A stretch of DNA of 63,622 nucleotides, the filler included, from Octopus bimaculoides (Eukaryota), in assembly GCF_001194135.2 (NCBI RefSeq). It is 6 parts of 6 records of this genome, joined end to end, with 100 filler letters (N's around TTAATTAATTAA, not from the genome) between each part and the next. Parts side by side here need not be neighbours in the genome. Positions count along the whole stretch, not along the records: positions 62,357 to 63,622 come from NW_026429475.1; 5 more parts are not named here. One strand, given 5' to 3'. The first letter of the stretch is position 1; the number at the start of each line of letters is the position of its first letter. The translations under genes were made by a program, and so were the position numbers. The notes below the pieces were generated by a model. It was not told the origin of the DNA and searched no databases. It saw only the letters and a list, made by a program, of their open reading frames with translations. Shown one piece after another: positions 62,257 through 63,622 of this stretch.

Positions 62257-63199
62257 NNNNNNNNNNNNNNNNNNNNNNNNNNNNNNNNNNNNNNNNNNNN
62301 TTAATTAATTAANNNNNNNNNNNNNNNNNNNNNNNNNNNNNNNNNNNNNNNNNNNNGAGATGTGTTGGGGTGTTGGACAAAAGAATGGAAACACCTAGCA
62401 TCGTAGCGTCATAATTTTGAAATATCTATAAAATAGTCAAAAGCATGTTTATTTTTATGTTTTTGATTTATTATTAGTATTGCTTAATATGTTTTGCTGG
62501 CCCCCTATTCCAAATTTCTGACCTTGTACCTGTAATAGGAAGGATTAATGGTAGTAATCGTAATGATAGTTATGCTATTTGTGACTATCCCGTCTGAGCA
62601 CAGCGCTATCTTAGCCAATGTGTCTGTAGTAGAGAGAAAGAAATTTGGATTGTTGTTTCTAGCAGGTCGAGCAGTCACGTAGAGACTCCCTCCTTGTTTC
62701 ACTTTCGTTTAAGTTGTGCTCGTTGCTGTTGCATTGTTTAGAGACCGTGATCTGACCCATCTAAGTAGACCTATGATCAGTGACATTCCAAGCCATGACC
62801 ACCTCGTCTTATATTTGCCATATTATCTCCAAGACTACATCCAACATCTCAGTTTCTCTTTCTTTGAAACTATAAGCTGTTCTTCGAGTGAGATTTTGCA
62901 ATTATTTCTAGCTCGTCGTACGACCACTTAGAGGTTCTATCATTGGTTAATAATCATTATAGTTGTTGTTGCTTAGCACCAGGTTAAACAACATATAGAT
63001 CTATGTTTGAAGGCGTTTCAGAGATGACCATCTTGTATTTTATTGCTTTCATTTTATTTTGTATAGCAGAGACTTCATTATCCAGTCCATCCTTCCATAA
63101 TACAGATAAGTGGGACGGAGAAATATTTGGCTGTTATTTCTAGCGCTTCTATCGACCATTTTTGTTAAGTTCGTCGTATTTCCTCTTTCGATTGTTTTC

Positions 63200-63622
63200 C
63201 TATAACATACCGCCACCATCACCATCACCATCACCCCCACCCCCCACCGCCGCCGCCGCCGCCACCGTCACCATCACCACCACTATCACAAACATCAAGG
63301 TGAACACCGTAAAACTAATACTTGGCAGAACCACAACTACTTTAACCACAACCACCACCACTATCACCACTACTACCATCACCACCACTTCTACCACTAC
63401 CACAACCACAACACTATCTCCACTTCCCCCTTATACGACCATCAATTCTTGGTAAGGACACCAACACCATCACTACTACTACGACAACCACAACCGCTAG
63501 CAATACCACTACTACCACCACCACCACTAACACCAACATCACCACCACTGACACCGCCAACCACAATTTCTGTCAACACCACCACTACCACCACCTTCAC
63601 CCCCACTACCACCACTACCATC
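63200..63622. repeat. Degenerate (CAC/ACC/ACT)n trinucleotide tract
   Basis: Seen directly; runs to the end of the window. Confidence 0.9.

Overview
Eukaryotic, AT-rich draft-genome window dense in microsatellites and gaps. It is most likely a cephalopod (Octopus-type); this is inferred from recognisable tRNA-derived SINE families and was not checked against a database. There is one convincing protein-coding gene, a single-ORF rhodopsin-class (class A) orphan GPCR at 25123-26136 (+). The rest is decayed transposable elements: a DD36E Tc1 element, a mariner 3' end, CR1/Jockey-like, L1/Tx1-like, RTE and several RLE-type (R4/Dong-like) LINE remnants, three SINE families and Helitron-like ends. 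Simple repeats and assembly gaps fill the remainder. The most notable signal, which the ORF track does not show, is a dispersed set of at least nine minimal type-I hammerhead-ribozyme-like motifs from several unrelated repeat families. One has an intact core (28715-28770). Two paralogous copies (27428-27467 + and 38692-38735 -) share a non-canonical CA-UGANGA core, while their stem II and palindromic stem III have been completely replaced yet still pair. Two more sit in a 345-nt tandem dimer, and one is enclosed by a 47-bp inverted repeat. All structures were read by eye; no folding, alignment or database search was run.
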